From: an uncultured Solirubrobacterales bacterium
GTDB lineage: Bacteria > Actinomycetota > Thermoleophilia > Solirubrobacterales > JBBDJG01
Length of the DNA: 64,000 bases
Reading direction: 5' to 3'
NCBI GenBank assembly: GCA_963785085.1
Contig: CAWAUD010000014.1
Span: forward strand, 125,464-189,463
The position numbers and the translations under genes were made by a program. The notes under the pieces were generated by a model. The model ran no database searches and was not told where the DNA came from. It saw nothing but the letters and a program-made list of their open reading frames with translations. Shown here one piece after another: positions 34,329 to 43,577 of this stretch (its first letter is position 1; each line of letters opens with the position of its first letter).

Positions 34329-34997
34329 GTGGCCGAGAGCACGAAGCGCGTCGCGATACTGGACGTCGACGGGACGCTGGTCGACACGAACTACCAGCAC
34401 ACGCTGGCCTGGCAGCGTTCCTTCCGCCAGCACGGGATCGTGCTGCCCGCGTGGCGGATCCACCGGCACATCGGAATGGGCGGAGACAAGATCGTTGGCG
34501 CGCTCGCGGGCGAGGACGCGGAGTCGAAATGCGGAGACGACATCCGCGCGGCCGAGAAGGTCCTCTACATGGAGCTGATCGACGAGGTCGAGCCGATGCC
34601 GGGAGCCCGGCGGCTGATCGACACGCTCAAGGACAGGGGCAGCCGCGTCGTGCTCGCCAGCTCCGCCAAGCCGAACGAGATCGAGCGCTACATCGACCTG
34701 CTGGACGTGCGCGACGTCATCGACGACTGGACGAGCGCGGGAGACGTGGACGCGACCAAGCCCGATCCCGACCTGGTCGAGGCCGCCATCCGCAAGACCG
34801 GCTGCTCCGCCGATGACGCGGCGATGGTCGGCGACACGACGTGGGACTGCATCGCCGCCGCGAAAGCCGGCGTGCCGACGGTCGGCCTGCTGTCGGGCGG
34901 ATTCTCGGAGCAGGAGCTGCGAGAGGCCGGCGCCGTGGCCGTCTACCCCACCCCGGCCGATCTCGTCGAGCGGCTCACCGAGACGCCGCTCGGCTGA
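34329..34997 (+). CDS. HAD-family hydrolase
   Basis: DVDGTLVD, KPDPD, MVGDTTWD. Confidence 0.92.
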   Translation: MAESTKRVAILDVDGTLVDTNYQHTLAWQRSFRQHGIVLPAWRIHRHIGMGGDKIVGALAGEDAESKCGDDIRAAEKVLYMELIDEVEPMPGARRLIDTLKDRGSRVVLASSAKPNEIERYIDLLDVRDVIDDWTSAGDVDATKPDPDLVEAAIRKTGCSADDAAMVGDTTWDCIAAAKAGVPTVGLLSGGFSEQELREAGAVAVYPTPADLVERLTETPLG

Positions 34998-35000
34998 GGG

Positions 35001-37814
35001 TTACGGGACGAACAGTCCCTGCGTGAGGAAGTCGGTGTTCGGGCCGGTGGCCGCGAGCCCGTCCGCGCCACCATCGGTCACCCGAATCTGCCCCAGCTCC
35101 CAGACCGCGCGGTTGCCAGAGGCGACCGCGCCCGGCAAGACCGAGTTCACCGACGTGCTGAGCTCGCAGGTCGCGCCGATCGTGGACTGTGTCGCTGCGC
35201 ATGGCACGGTGACCGGGAAGCTCGTGTCGACGAGCGTTCCGGTGTCGGCGCCCGAGGGACCGTTGGCCCGGTCGGTGATGCGCAGCGCCTGGGTCGCCTG
35301 CAGCTCGCCGGTGTAGTCGGACAGGTCGCTGCGCCTGCGGACGTCTGTCATCGAGAAGTTCAGCTGCACGTCGCCGCCGGTCACCCGGTAACGCAGCGAC
35401 CCGACCGCTTGCGCCGGCCTGCCGTTCGCGTCGGGCGTGCCCACCGTGAGTTGGTCCGAAGACTGCTGCGGAGAGCTGCACGAGCCGAACGACATCGGCG
35501 CGGCGTGCATGCGATCCGGGCTCGAGCACGGCTTATAGGCGATCGTCAGCGGCGCGGAGAGAGGCGTTGCCGCCTGCGGCCGCGCGTAGCCGCAATTCTC
35601 GAATTTGACGTCGAGTGGTCCGTCGCTGTCGATGATCAGCTGCGGGTTGCAGCTCACGCGCGCGCGCCGCGCGTCGATCGTCACGGTCGAGATGTTGGTC
35701 GCCGTTATGTGGAGCCGGTCCGCCACGGGAGCAGATGGGGCCGCGCCCCAGGTCTGAGTCTGGCTCGCGTACGCCATGGCGGGAACCTGCCCGCCGGTGA
35801 GCACGCCCGCGCCGTTGACCTGTCCGGACGGCGCCGGGTCGCCGACTCCGAAGCCATCCGAACGGACGTCGATGGTTCCCAGCGGCGCGCTTCCGGACGC
35901 GTCGCGCAGGGCCAGGTCGGAGACCCAGTAGGCGTGCCCTGCTGCCGTTCCCGCGTCGGGGAAGTCCATCGTCGGGTTGTAGGCGTACGTGACGTGCGCC
36001 GGGTTGCGGTCCACCTTGGTGGTTCCGAGGAAGGACGCGGCCGGGCCGTACGAGTCGTTGATCGCGAGGGCAAAGTGGTCGGCGGTGCCGAACAGGTCCC
36101 ACTCGTAGCGGTAGCCGAGCTCCTGGAACTTGGCGGCCTGCGCCTGCGCGCCCGCCACGGGCACCAACTCGTCCTCGGTCCCGTTCCAGATCAGGAAGGG
36201 GATGTTCCGCACCGACGCGAGCATCCGGTTCGTGTTGGACTGCGCGCCGCCCGGCTGAGGGTCGGCCGGCGGAACCCAGATGCCCTCGCCAGGCGGGCCG
36301 ACCGTCGGCTGTGCCTTCGCGAACAGGTCGGGGAACTGCGTCGTGAACTTGTAGGTCGCGTAGCCACCCATCGAGTAGCCCGCGATCGCAGTCCAGTCGG
36401 CGTCGAGCTGGTAGCGCGCGGCGACGTCGGCCCACACCTCGAAGACGTCAGCGCCCCCGTGGTCGTAGTACCAGGCATCGGGCCCGCGTGCCTCAGAGGT
36501 GATCACGATCGACCCGGGCCCACGCTCGCCGAACTGCGACTGGTTCGCGGAGTCCGCGAACTGGTTGTAGTTCGCCCCCAACGAGTGCAGCAGCAGGGTC
36601 ATCCCGTAGCCGCCGGGCGGCTGGGGCTTGTCCGGAACGTAGATCGCGTACGGCTGCAGCTGTCCGCGGAACCAGCCCTTGCAGTTGGTGATCGGGTTCT
36701 CGCAGCCGACGGCGTAGTTGGCACCCTGCTCGGTCTCGAAGTGGCTCGCGAGTATCCGGTTCATCGGGCCCGTCTGCGGGACCCCGCCCGGCTGTCCGGG
36801 CATGTCGTCGTCGGTCGCTGCGGCCAGCTTGTTGAAGTCCACGTTGGCGAAGAACTGGCTGATGTCTCCGCTCGCGAGTGCGTGCGCCTGGTCGTTGTCG
36901 CGCCACCACGCCGGGTCGGCGATGGCGTTCGGGCTCTGGACCTCGGGCCACGGCTCGTCGAACCGGAAGGCCACGTTGAACAACGCCGCCGCGTTCGGAG
37001 CGATGGCGCCGCCGGGCTGGGTCGCGGTCGGGTTCTGCGTCGGCGTGATGTAGGCGCCGGTGGAGGAGTTCCATAGCCCTGTTCCCGCAGCCACCCGGAC
37101 CACTTGACCGGTGGGGTTCCAGCTGCCGTGCGGGACGGTGACGGTGATCTGGCGCCGCGTCGTGTCGAGGCTCGCGGTCGGCGGGGTCGCTCCCACCGGC
37201 TGGCCGCTCGCCGCCGAGATCAGCTCGGCGGTGTTCCCGTGGACCGTCAGGAAGAGGTCGGCCGGCGAGGAGACGTTCGCGCCGTGCGGCCAAGCGACCG
37301 GCAGGCCGGCCGTGCCGCCGAGCGCGATCGTGGTCGCCGCGGCGTCGGCGTCCTTGATCGTGTTGAGCGTGATCCGGAACGCCGTCGCGCCGGCCAGCGG
37401 CTTGAGCCGCAGCTCGACGATGTCGGCGGCGTTGTTCGCGTACTTCGCGGTGTCGGTCGGGTACGTGTAGGTGCCGGCCGGCCGCGAGAAGCTGTTGCCG
37501 CTGAAGCGCGGGTCGTTCTGGGCCGGGTTGCCGAGCGCGCCGTTGTCGTCGTACAGGAAGTCCTGGTAGAGGAACTCCCCGTCGCGGTATGCGCTGGCGC
37601 CGGAGACGAGGATCGGCGGCGCCTGCCAGACGCCGGAGTTCTGAAGCTGCGGAGCATCTGCCAGCGGCTGGTACAGGATCGGTGGACCGGGCCGCGGTCC
37701 AGGACCGGAGTAGAGAGAGCCGGCGGCGGCGTTCGAAGCCGGGCCCGCGAGCATTGCGGAGCACGCGATCAGGCCCGCGATCGAAGCTCTGACGATCCCC
37801 CGGCGCCGCAGCAC
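35001..37814 (-). CDS. Large secreted alpha/beta hydrolase (esterase/peptidase-like) with an unnamed ~195-aa C-terminal FVP domain
   Basis: Signal-like MLRRRGIVRASIAGLIACSAMLAGPASNAAA after TATGTT-6nt-GTG; LLHSLG, GYSMGG nucleophile, DELVP, DH; tail YARPQAATPL...FLTQGLFVP. Confidence 0.8.
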   Translation of the reverse strand: MLRRRGIVRASIAGLIACSAMLAGPASNAAAGSLYSGPGPRPGPPILYQPLADAPQLQNSGVWQAPPILVSGASAYRDGEFLYQDFLYDDNGALGNPAQNDPRFSGNSFSRPAGTYTYPTDTAKYANNAADIVELRLKPLAGATAFRITLNTIKDADAAATTIALGGTAGLPVAWPHGANVSSPADLFLTVHGNTAELISAASGQPVGATPPTASLDTTRRQITVTVPHGSWNPTGQVVRVAAGTGLWNSSTGAYITPTQNPTATQPGGAIAPNAAALFNVAFRFDEPWPEVQSPNAIADPAWWRDNDQAHALASGDISQFFANVDFNKLAAATDDDMPGQPGGVPQTGPMNRILASHFETEQGANYAVGCENPITNCKGWFRGQLQPYAIYVPDKPQPPGGYGMTLLLHSLGANYNQFADSANQSQFGERGPGSIVITSEARGPDAWYYDHGGADVFEVWADVAARYQLDADWTAIAGYSMGGYATYKFTTQFPDLFAKAQPTVGPPGEGIWVPPADPQPGGAQSNTNRMLASVRNIPFLIWNGTEDELVPVAGAQAQAAKFQELGYRYEWDLFGTADHFALAINDSYGPAASFLGTTKVDRNPAHVTYAYNPTMDFPDAGTAAGHAYWVSDLALRDASGSAPLGTIDVRSDGFGVGDPAPSGQVNGAGVLTGGQVPAMAYASQTQTWGAAPSAPVADRLHITATNISTVTIDARRARVSCNPQLIIDSDGPLDVKFENCGYARPQAATPLSAPLTIAYKPCSSPDRMHAAPMSFGSCSSPQQSSDQLTVGTPDANGRPAQAVGSLRYRVTGGDVQLNFSMTDVRRRSDLSDYTGELQATQALRITDRANGPSGADTGTLVDTSFPVTVPCAATQSTIGATCELSTSVNSVLPGAVASGNRAVWELGQIRVTDGGADGLAATGPNTDFLTQGLFVP

Positions 37815-37864
37815 CCGGCCAACATAGCCGCATCCGCGAAGTCGGTGCGTATTTTCCGGCGAGC

Positions 37865-38383
37865 CTAGAAGTCGGTGGAGTGCTTCCCCGCGACGTAGGC
37901 CATCTGCAGGCCGTCGGAGATCGCAAGCGAGGCGAACATGCTGGCCACGACCCGGGTGTGGCGGGGAGCGAGCAGCATGCCGGCCGTGAACGCTCCGGAG
38001 ATCCACTGGTCCATGCAGTACGGGCAGGTGAGCAGCTCGCCCACCGTGCGGCGCAGGCCGCGGCCCTTGGGCGCTTCCTCGACCTCGCCCTTGCCCGAGT
38101 GGCCTTTGTAGCGGGTGAATGGCGCGCGTGCGAAGCCCGTCACTGACTCCTTGGTGATGATGCGGCTGAGCTTGTGGGTCGCGATGCCAACGAGCAGGAT
38201 GTCCTGCGCCGGGATGCGCTCCGGCACCTTGCCCTCCCGATCCGCCTTGAGCAGCGCCGACGCGAACGCCGTGTTGAAGACACCCGCGAGCAGCGCGTAG
38301 TTGGCGAGCGGGCGCCGGTCGCCGTGCTCGTGCGCGTGGTCGCCGTCCTGTGTCTGTTCGAGAGCTTCTACGTCTACGGCCAT
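37865..38383 (-). CDS. DUF1360-like membrane protein
   Basis: ATHKLSRIITKESVT..RAPF, GELLTCPYC. Confidence 0.8.
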   Translation of the reverse strand: MAVDVEALEQTQDGDHAHEHGDRRPLANYALLAGVFNTAFASALLKADREGKVPERIPAQDILLVGIATHKLSRIITKESVTGFARAPFTRYKGHSGKGEVEEAPKGRGLRRTVGELLTCPYCMDQWISGAFTAGMLLAPRHTRVVASMFASLAISDGLQMAYVAGKHSTDF

Positions 38384-38399
38384 CCGGGTCGGTTACCCG

Positions 38400-39020
38400 T
38401 CAGGCCCAGCTCTGCAACCCCGTGAAGAAGGCGCCGAGCATCGTCCCGAACGCGTCGTCGGGCAACGCGTCGGGGTCCAGCAGCATCTCGAACGCCGCGC
38501 CATTCGCCATCGCGAACGTCATCGCGGACACGTGCTCGACGGGAATCGGCGACTCGATGCCGAGCCGTTCGAGCCGGCGCCGGTAGACGTCGGCGACGCG
38601 CTCCTGGAGGACGCGGTAGCGCTTCACCAGCTCGGTGCGGAACCGCTCGTCCCGCGCGGCGTAGGCGGCGAACTCGAAGAACAGGCGCTGCCACTCCGGG
38701 TCGGCGCGCAGGTAGTCCTCGAAGTCGGCGCCGGCCCGCCGCGCCTGTTCCCGCGGCGCGGCGTCGCTCTCGGTCACCCGCTCGATCTCCGCCAGCCGCT
38801 CGGCGAACCGCTCGTCGAGCATCGCGAGGAAGATCTCCTCCTTGCTCGCGAAGTTCGCGTAGAAGGCGCCCTTCGTGAAGCCCGCGTCCTCGGCGATCTC
38901 GTCGACAGAGGCGCGCTCGAGCCCGCGGCGGCCGAACACCCGCGCCGCCGAATGCATCAGGCCCGCGCGTGTGCGCGCCTGTTGCTCCTTGCGGGTCAGC
39001 CGCTGGCGCGTGGCCGTATC
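38400..39020 (-). CDS. TetR/AcrR family regulator (start uncertain)
   Basis: TRKEQQARTRAGLM..SVDEIAEDAGFTKGAFYANFASKEE. Confidence 0.9.
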   Translation of the reverse strand, partial: DTATRQRLTRKEQQARTRAGLMHSAARVFGRRGLERASVDEIAEDAGFTKGAFYANFASKEEIFLAMLDERFAERLAEIERVTESDAAPREQARRAGADFEDYLRADPEWQRLFFEFAAYAARDERFRTELVKRYRVLQERVADVYRRRLERLGIESPIPVEHVSAMTFAMANGAAFEMLLDPDALPDDAFGTMLGAFFTGLQSWA

Positions 39021-40357
39021 ACTACCTCCGCCCCACGGTTGGGGATCAATGCGATAACGCGGCGGCCGGTCCGCTCCGACCGCTGCTCGCTGGGGCGCAG
39101 GCTGACCCGCGCCACGATCCGCGACAGCACGGTCTTCATCTCGTACAGGGCGAAGCTGGCGCCGAGACAGCGCCGCACTCCGCCGCCGAACGGGATCCAC
39201 GTGTAAGTGCCGGCGGCCTGCTCGAGGAAGCGCTCCGGCAGGAACCGCTCGGGCTCGGGATAGACGTCGGGCCGGCGGTGCACCAAGTAGATGCAGGGAG
39301 CGACGAGCGTGCCGCCCGGCAGCAGCCTGCCGCCGACCTCCATAGGGCCGGTCAGGCGGCGCAGCACGATCGGGAGAATCGGCCGCAGGCGCAGCGTCTC
39401 CTTGCAGACCGCGTCGATGTAAGCGTCCTCACCCGCCTCCACCTCGGCGCGAAGCCGCTCGAGCTTGTCCGGGTGGCGGACCAGGCGCTCCATCGCCCAG
39501 GACAGCGCCGTGGCGGTCGTCTCGTGCCCGGCGACCAGCAGCGTCATCAGCTCGTCGCGCACCTCCTTGTCACTCATCGGCCGGCCGTCCTCGTCGGTGG
39601 CCTGGAGGAGCAACGACATGATGTCCGCGCGCTGCTCGAGGTCTCGCGCCGCGCGGCGCGCCGCGATCTCCTCGAAGAGGATCTCGTCGACCGGCTCGAT
39701 GACCTTCCGGAACGGGCCGAAGGTGGTGGCGCGGTGTGGCCCGAGCACACTCAGCATCGCCAGCTGCGCAGGTGAAGCGCTCCACTCGAGCAGGCGCCGC
39801 AGGGCGCCGCCCAGTCGATCGAGGCGCTCCGCGTCGGTGAGGCCGAAGACGGCGCGCATGATCACGTCGAGCGTCACGGCCTGCATCGCGGGCGCGAGCT
39901 GGAAAGGGCGGCCGGCGGGCCACTGGTCGATCTGCCGGTCGGCGGCGGCGGCCATCAGCTCGCCGTACTGCTGCATCCGCTCCCCGTGGAAGGGCGGCAG
40001 CATCATCTTGCGCTGGGCCATGTGCTGGTGGTCGTCGAGGAGGAGCACCGAGTTGGGCCCCAGAACCGGCAGCAGGACGACATTCGCCTCGCCGGCGTGA
40101 ACGAGCTCCGGTGGAGCGGTGAACACCTGCTTGATCGCCTCCGGGTTGGAGACCATCACCCAGGTCCCCTCGTTCGCCAGCCGGATCGAGAACATGTCGC
40201 CGTAGCGCTCGCGCATGCGCAGCATGAACGGGCCCGGGCGGGTGAGCCACGCGAGGGTCTGAACCGGGAGCGGCATCGACGGACCCGGTGGAACGCCCTC
40301 TTCGAGCGCGGCGGGAGGCGGAGCTAAGGCTGTCCGGTCCAGCACGGTCATTCGCAT
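38996..40357 (-). CDS. Cytochrome P450
   Basis: LLVAGHETT, KETLR, PERF, PFGGGVRRCLG heme motif; likely leaderless ATG at 40357. Confidence 0.95.
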   Translation of the reverse strand: MRMTVLDRTALAPPPAALEEGVPPGPSMPLPVQTLAWLTRPGPFMLRMRERYGDMFSIRLANEGTWVMVSNPEAIKQVFTAPPELVHAGEANVVLLPVLGPNSVLLLDDHQHMAQRKMMLPPFHGERMQQYGELMAAAADRQIDQWPAGRPFQLAPAMQAVTLDVIMRAVFGLTDAERLDRLGGALRRLLEWSASPAQLAMLSVLGPHRATTFGPFRKVIEPVDEILFEEIAARRAARDLEQRADIMSLLLQATDEDGRPMSDKEVRDELMTLLVAGHETTATALSWAMERLVRHPDKLERLRAEVEAGEDAYIDAVCKETLRLRPILPIVLRRLTGPMEVGGRLLPGGTLVAPCIYLVHRRPDVYPEPERFLPERFLEQAAGTYTWIPFGGGVRRCLGASFALYEMKTVLSRIVARVSLRPSEQRSERTGRRVIALIPNRGAEVVIRPRASG

Positions 40358-40392
40358 ACGGGACGGTATCCGAATACCGCTCGGTATGTCAA
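40356..40392 (-). promoter_or_regulatory. Promoter (TTGACA-18-TACCGT) of the P450-TetR operon overlapped by two operator-like palindromes
   Basis: ATACCG-ct-CGGTAT (40374-40387) and ATACGG-ga-CGGTAT (40356-40369); -10 lies 5 nt before ATG. Confidence 0.7.
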
Positions 40393-41837
40393 GCGCCGCC
40401 CTCGTAGGCGGGATTGGGGATCGGCAGCAGCGCACCGGTGTCCTCGAAGAAGCCGTCGATCAACCGGTCGAGCTCGTCAGCGAGGGCGCCCTCCTCCCCT
40501 GCCAGGTCGCGCGTCTCACCGATGTCGGCCTCGAGGTCGTAGAGCTCGCGCGCCGGGTCGGACCCCGGGGTCAGCCAGCGGATGAGCTTCCACCTGCCGC
40601 GCCGCACGCTCGCCGACGGCCGCAGGGCCGCCTTGTCGTTGGGCTGGAAGTTGAAGATGCACTCGCGCTGCGGTCCGGCGCCGCCGGCCAGCACGCCGGC
40701 GAAGCTCGTGCCGTCGAACCGCTCGCCCTCGGGCGCAGGGAGGCCGAGCAGGTCGAGCAACGTCGGGAACAGGTCGGCCGACATGACCGGGTCGGCGGTC
40801 ATGACCCTCGCGCGAGCCCCAGTGGGCCACGCAACGATCAGCGGCACCCGAACGCCCCCTTCATAGAGCGAACCCTTGCCGTCGCGAAGCGGCGCGTTGC
40901 TGGTCGGCGCCAGACCGTCGGCCCAGCGCAGCCAGTCCTCGCGACGGCGCTCGTCCTGCCCCATCGCGCGCCAGTAGCCCGGCAGGTTGCTGCGCACGTT
41001 GCCGCCGTGGTCCGAGGTCAGGACCACGATCGTGTTCTCGGTGAGCCCGTTGTCGCGCAGCGCCGCGAGCACCCGGCCGAGGCTCTCGTCGATGCTGCGC
41101 AGCATCGACGCCATGATCGGGTTCCCCTGCAAGCCCCTTGGGTCGCGCCGTGCGGCGAACTCGCGCGTGTGCTCCTCGCGGTGATCCCATGGCCCGTGCA
41201 CGGCGAAATGCCAGAGGTTGAGGAAGAAGGGCCGGTCGGCGCTGTCGGCGACGAAGCGCGCCGCCTCCTCGCCGAGCCGGTCGGTCAGGTACTCGCCGTC
41301 GGGCCCGGGCGTGATCGTGCCCTTGCGGAAGCTGTAGGGCGACCAGTAACCGTTCGGGCGCGGCGGTCCTGGGTCCGGGACGCCGTGAAAGGCGACGTCG
41401 AAGCCGCGCCGCTCGGGCCAGTGGCGCTCTGGCGCACCGAGATGCCACTTGCCGAAGTGGCCCGTCCGGTAGCCGGCGTCGCGCAGGGTCGCCGCGAGTG
41501 TCGGCTCGCCGGGCGGCAGGTGCCGCCGGCTCTGGGGGGAGATCATCCGGCGGTCCGGCGGCGCGGACTCCGGATACGGCGGCAGGTCATCGGGCCCGTG
41601 CAGGTGCCCATCCGGCGCCGTCACGCCCAGGCGGGCCGGGTACTTCCCCGTCAGCAGGCTCGCGCGGGTCGGCGAGCACAGGGGCGAAGCGGCGTATGCG
41701 TCGGTGAACATCGTGCCTGCCCGGGCGAGGGCGTCGATGTTCGGCGTCTCGTAGTAGGTGCTCCCGTAGGCGCCGGAGTCGGTCCACCCCATGTCGTCGA
41801 CCACGAACAGGACGACGTTCGGGCGGCGCTCGGACAC
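40389..41837 (-). CDS. Sulfatase (Cys-type, formylglycine-dependent)
   Basis: PNVVLFVVDDMGW, CSPTRASLLTGKY, GKWHLG, SDHGG, KGSLYEGGVRVP, ELYDL..D. Confidence 0.95.
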   Translation of the reverse strand: MSERRPNVVLFVVDDMGWTDSGAYGSTYYETPNIDALARAGTMFTDAYAASPLCSPTRASLLTGKYPARLGVTAPDGHLHGPDDLPPYPESAPPDRRMISPQSRRHLPPGEPTLAATLRDAGYRTGHFGKWHLGAPERHWPERRGFDVAFHGVPDPGPPRPNGYWSPYSFRKGTITPGPDGEYLTDRLGEEAARFVADSADRPFFLNLWHFAVHGPWDHREEHTREFAARRDPRGLQGNPIMASMLRSIDESLGRVLAALRDNGLTENTIVVLTSDHGGNVRSNLPGYWRAMGQDERRREDWLRWADGLAPTSNAPLRDGKGSLYEGGVRVPLIVAWPTGARARVMTADPVMSADLFPTLLDLLGLPAPEGERFDGTSFAGVLAGGAGPQRECIFNFQPNDKAALRPSASVRRGRWKLIRWLTPGSDPARELYDLEADIGETRDLAGEEGALADELDRLIDGFFEDTGALLPIPNPAYEGGA

Positions 41838-41928
41838 GCCGCGCATCGTAAGGGCGCCGCTACTCACCCCTCAATGTGACTGACCGCACGAACCGTGCCC
41901 GCGTGCGTGGCTATGGTCCGAGGCTCCG

Positions 41929-43320
41929 ATGAGTGCATCGGCTCCACTGCCGCCAGGACCGAGCATGCCGCCCGCGCTGCAGACGCTCGGCTGGTGGACG
42001 CGGCCGGTGGCGCTGCTGGAGGGATGCCGCGCCCGCTACGGCAAGCGGTTCACGCTGCGGTTCCTCGCCACCCCGCCGTTCGTCAACCTGGCGGACCCCG
42101 ATCAGGTGCGCGAGATGTTCACCGCCCCGCCTGAGGTCCTGCACCCCGGCGAGGGCGCGCGTGATGCTCGAACCGGTGATCGGCGCCAACTCGGTGATCC
42201 TGCTCGACGAGGGCGACCACCTCGAGCAGCGCAAGCTGATGCTCCCGGCGTTCCACGGCGAGAAGATGCAGCGTCTCTCCGGGACCATGGAGGAGGTCGC
42301 CGTGCGCGAGATCGAGAGCTGGCCCGACGGCGAGCCACTCGCCCTCCATCCCCGTTTCCAAGCGCTCACGCTCGAGGTGATCCTGCGGGCCGTTTTCGGG
42401 CTCGACTCAGGTGCCCGGCTCGACCGGCTGCGCGTGCTGCTTCACGCATCCTCGAGTTGGTGGAGGGCCCATGTCGCTGCTGCCATTCCTGCAGCGCGAG
42501 CTCGGCGGACGCGAGCCCGTGGGGGCGGCTCGTCCGCCTGAGGGCCGAAGCGGACGACCTCATCCACGACCTGATCGAGGAGCGCCGCGGCCGCGAATGA
42601 CATTGACCGGGACGACGTGCTCTCCATGCTGCTCGCGGGACGCCACGAGGACGGCTCCCCCATGTCCGATCAGGAGCTGCGCGACGAGCTCATGACCCTG
42701 CTGGTCGCCGGCCACGAGACGACCGCGTCGCAGCTCGCGCTGGCTGTTCGAGTGCCTGGCGCGCGAGCCGCGCGTCGTCGAGCGCCTGCGGGCCGAGGTC
42801 GCCGCCGGCGACGAGGACGCCTACCTGACGGCCACGATCCAGGAGGCCATGCGGCGCTATCCGGTGCTCCCGAACGCCGCTCCGCGCTTGGTGAAGGAGC
42901 CCGTCGAGATCGGGGGCTGGACCTACCAGCCGGGCGCCTGCCTGATCGCCAACGCGTATCTCATTCACCACGACCCCGACGATCTATCCCGAGCCGTACT
43001 CGTTCCAGCCCGAGCGCTTCGTCGAGAAGCCGCCTGGCACCTACACCTGGTTCCCGTTCGGCGGTGGGCGCAGGCGTTGCGTCGGAGCGAGCTTCGCGAT
43101 GCTCGAGATGAAGATCGTGCTGCGGGCTGCGATCGAGCGGACCGACATACGCGCCGGATACGACGGGCCCGTCTTCAGCAAGCGCCGGGGTATTACTCTC
43201 AGCCCGCGCAGTGGTGCTACTACCGTGCTTGTTCGCCTAAACACTTCTCAGCAGGAGGGCTTGAATGAATCTCTACGTGATCCTTCGCCGCAGCGGGTGG
43301 AAGTCGCCGCAGGACCTTGA
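41929..43320 (+). pseudogene. Second cytochrome P450, broken by about six frameshifts (pseudogene or local assembly errors)
   Basis: LPPGP, LMLPAFHGE, ELMTLLVAGHETT, EAMR, PFGGGRRRCVG spread over all three frames; 3' end uncertain. Confidence 0.7.
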
Positions 43321-43561
43321 GGCAGCGGCCAAGCGCTCGGCCGACGTCGGTGACAACCAGATGTCCGACGACATCCGCTGGATCCGCAGCTACGTGCTCG
43401 AAGAGGGCGGCGGCTCGGTCGGAACGGTCTGCATCTACGAGGCAAGCAGCCCCGAGGCGATCCGCAAGCACGCCGGCGCGGCAGACCTGCCGGTCGACGA
43501 GATCATTCCGATCGCGGACACGGTGATCGTCCGCCCGGACCCGGTGCCGGCGGCTTCCTGA
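43265..43561 (+). CDS. DUF4242-like small protein
   Basis: IRWIRSYV...TVCIYEASSPEAIRKHA...LPVDEI; RBS caggagg. Confidence 0.85.
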   Translation: MNLYVILRRSGWKSPQDLEAAAKRSADVGDNQMSDDIRWIRSYVLEEGGGSVGTVCIYEASSPEAIRKHAGAADLPVDEIIPIADTVIVRPDPVPAAS

Positions 43562-43577
43562 AGCCGGCCCGCGCCGA

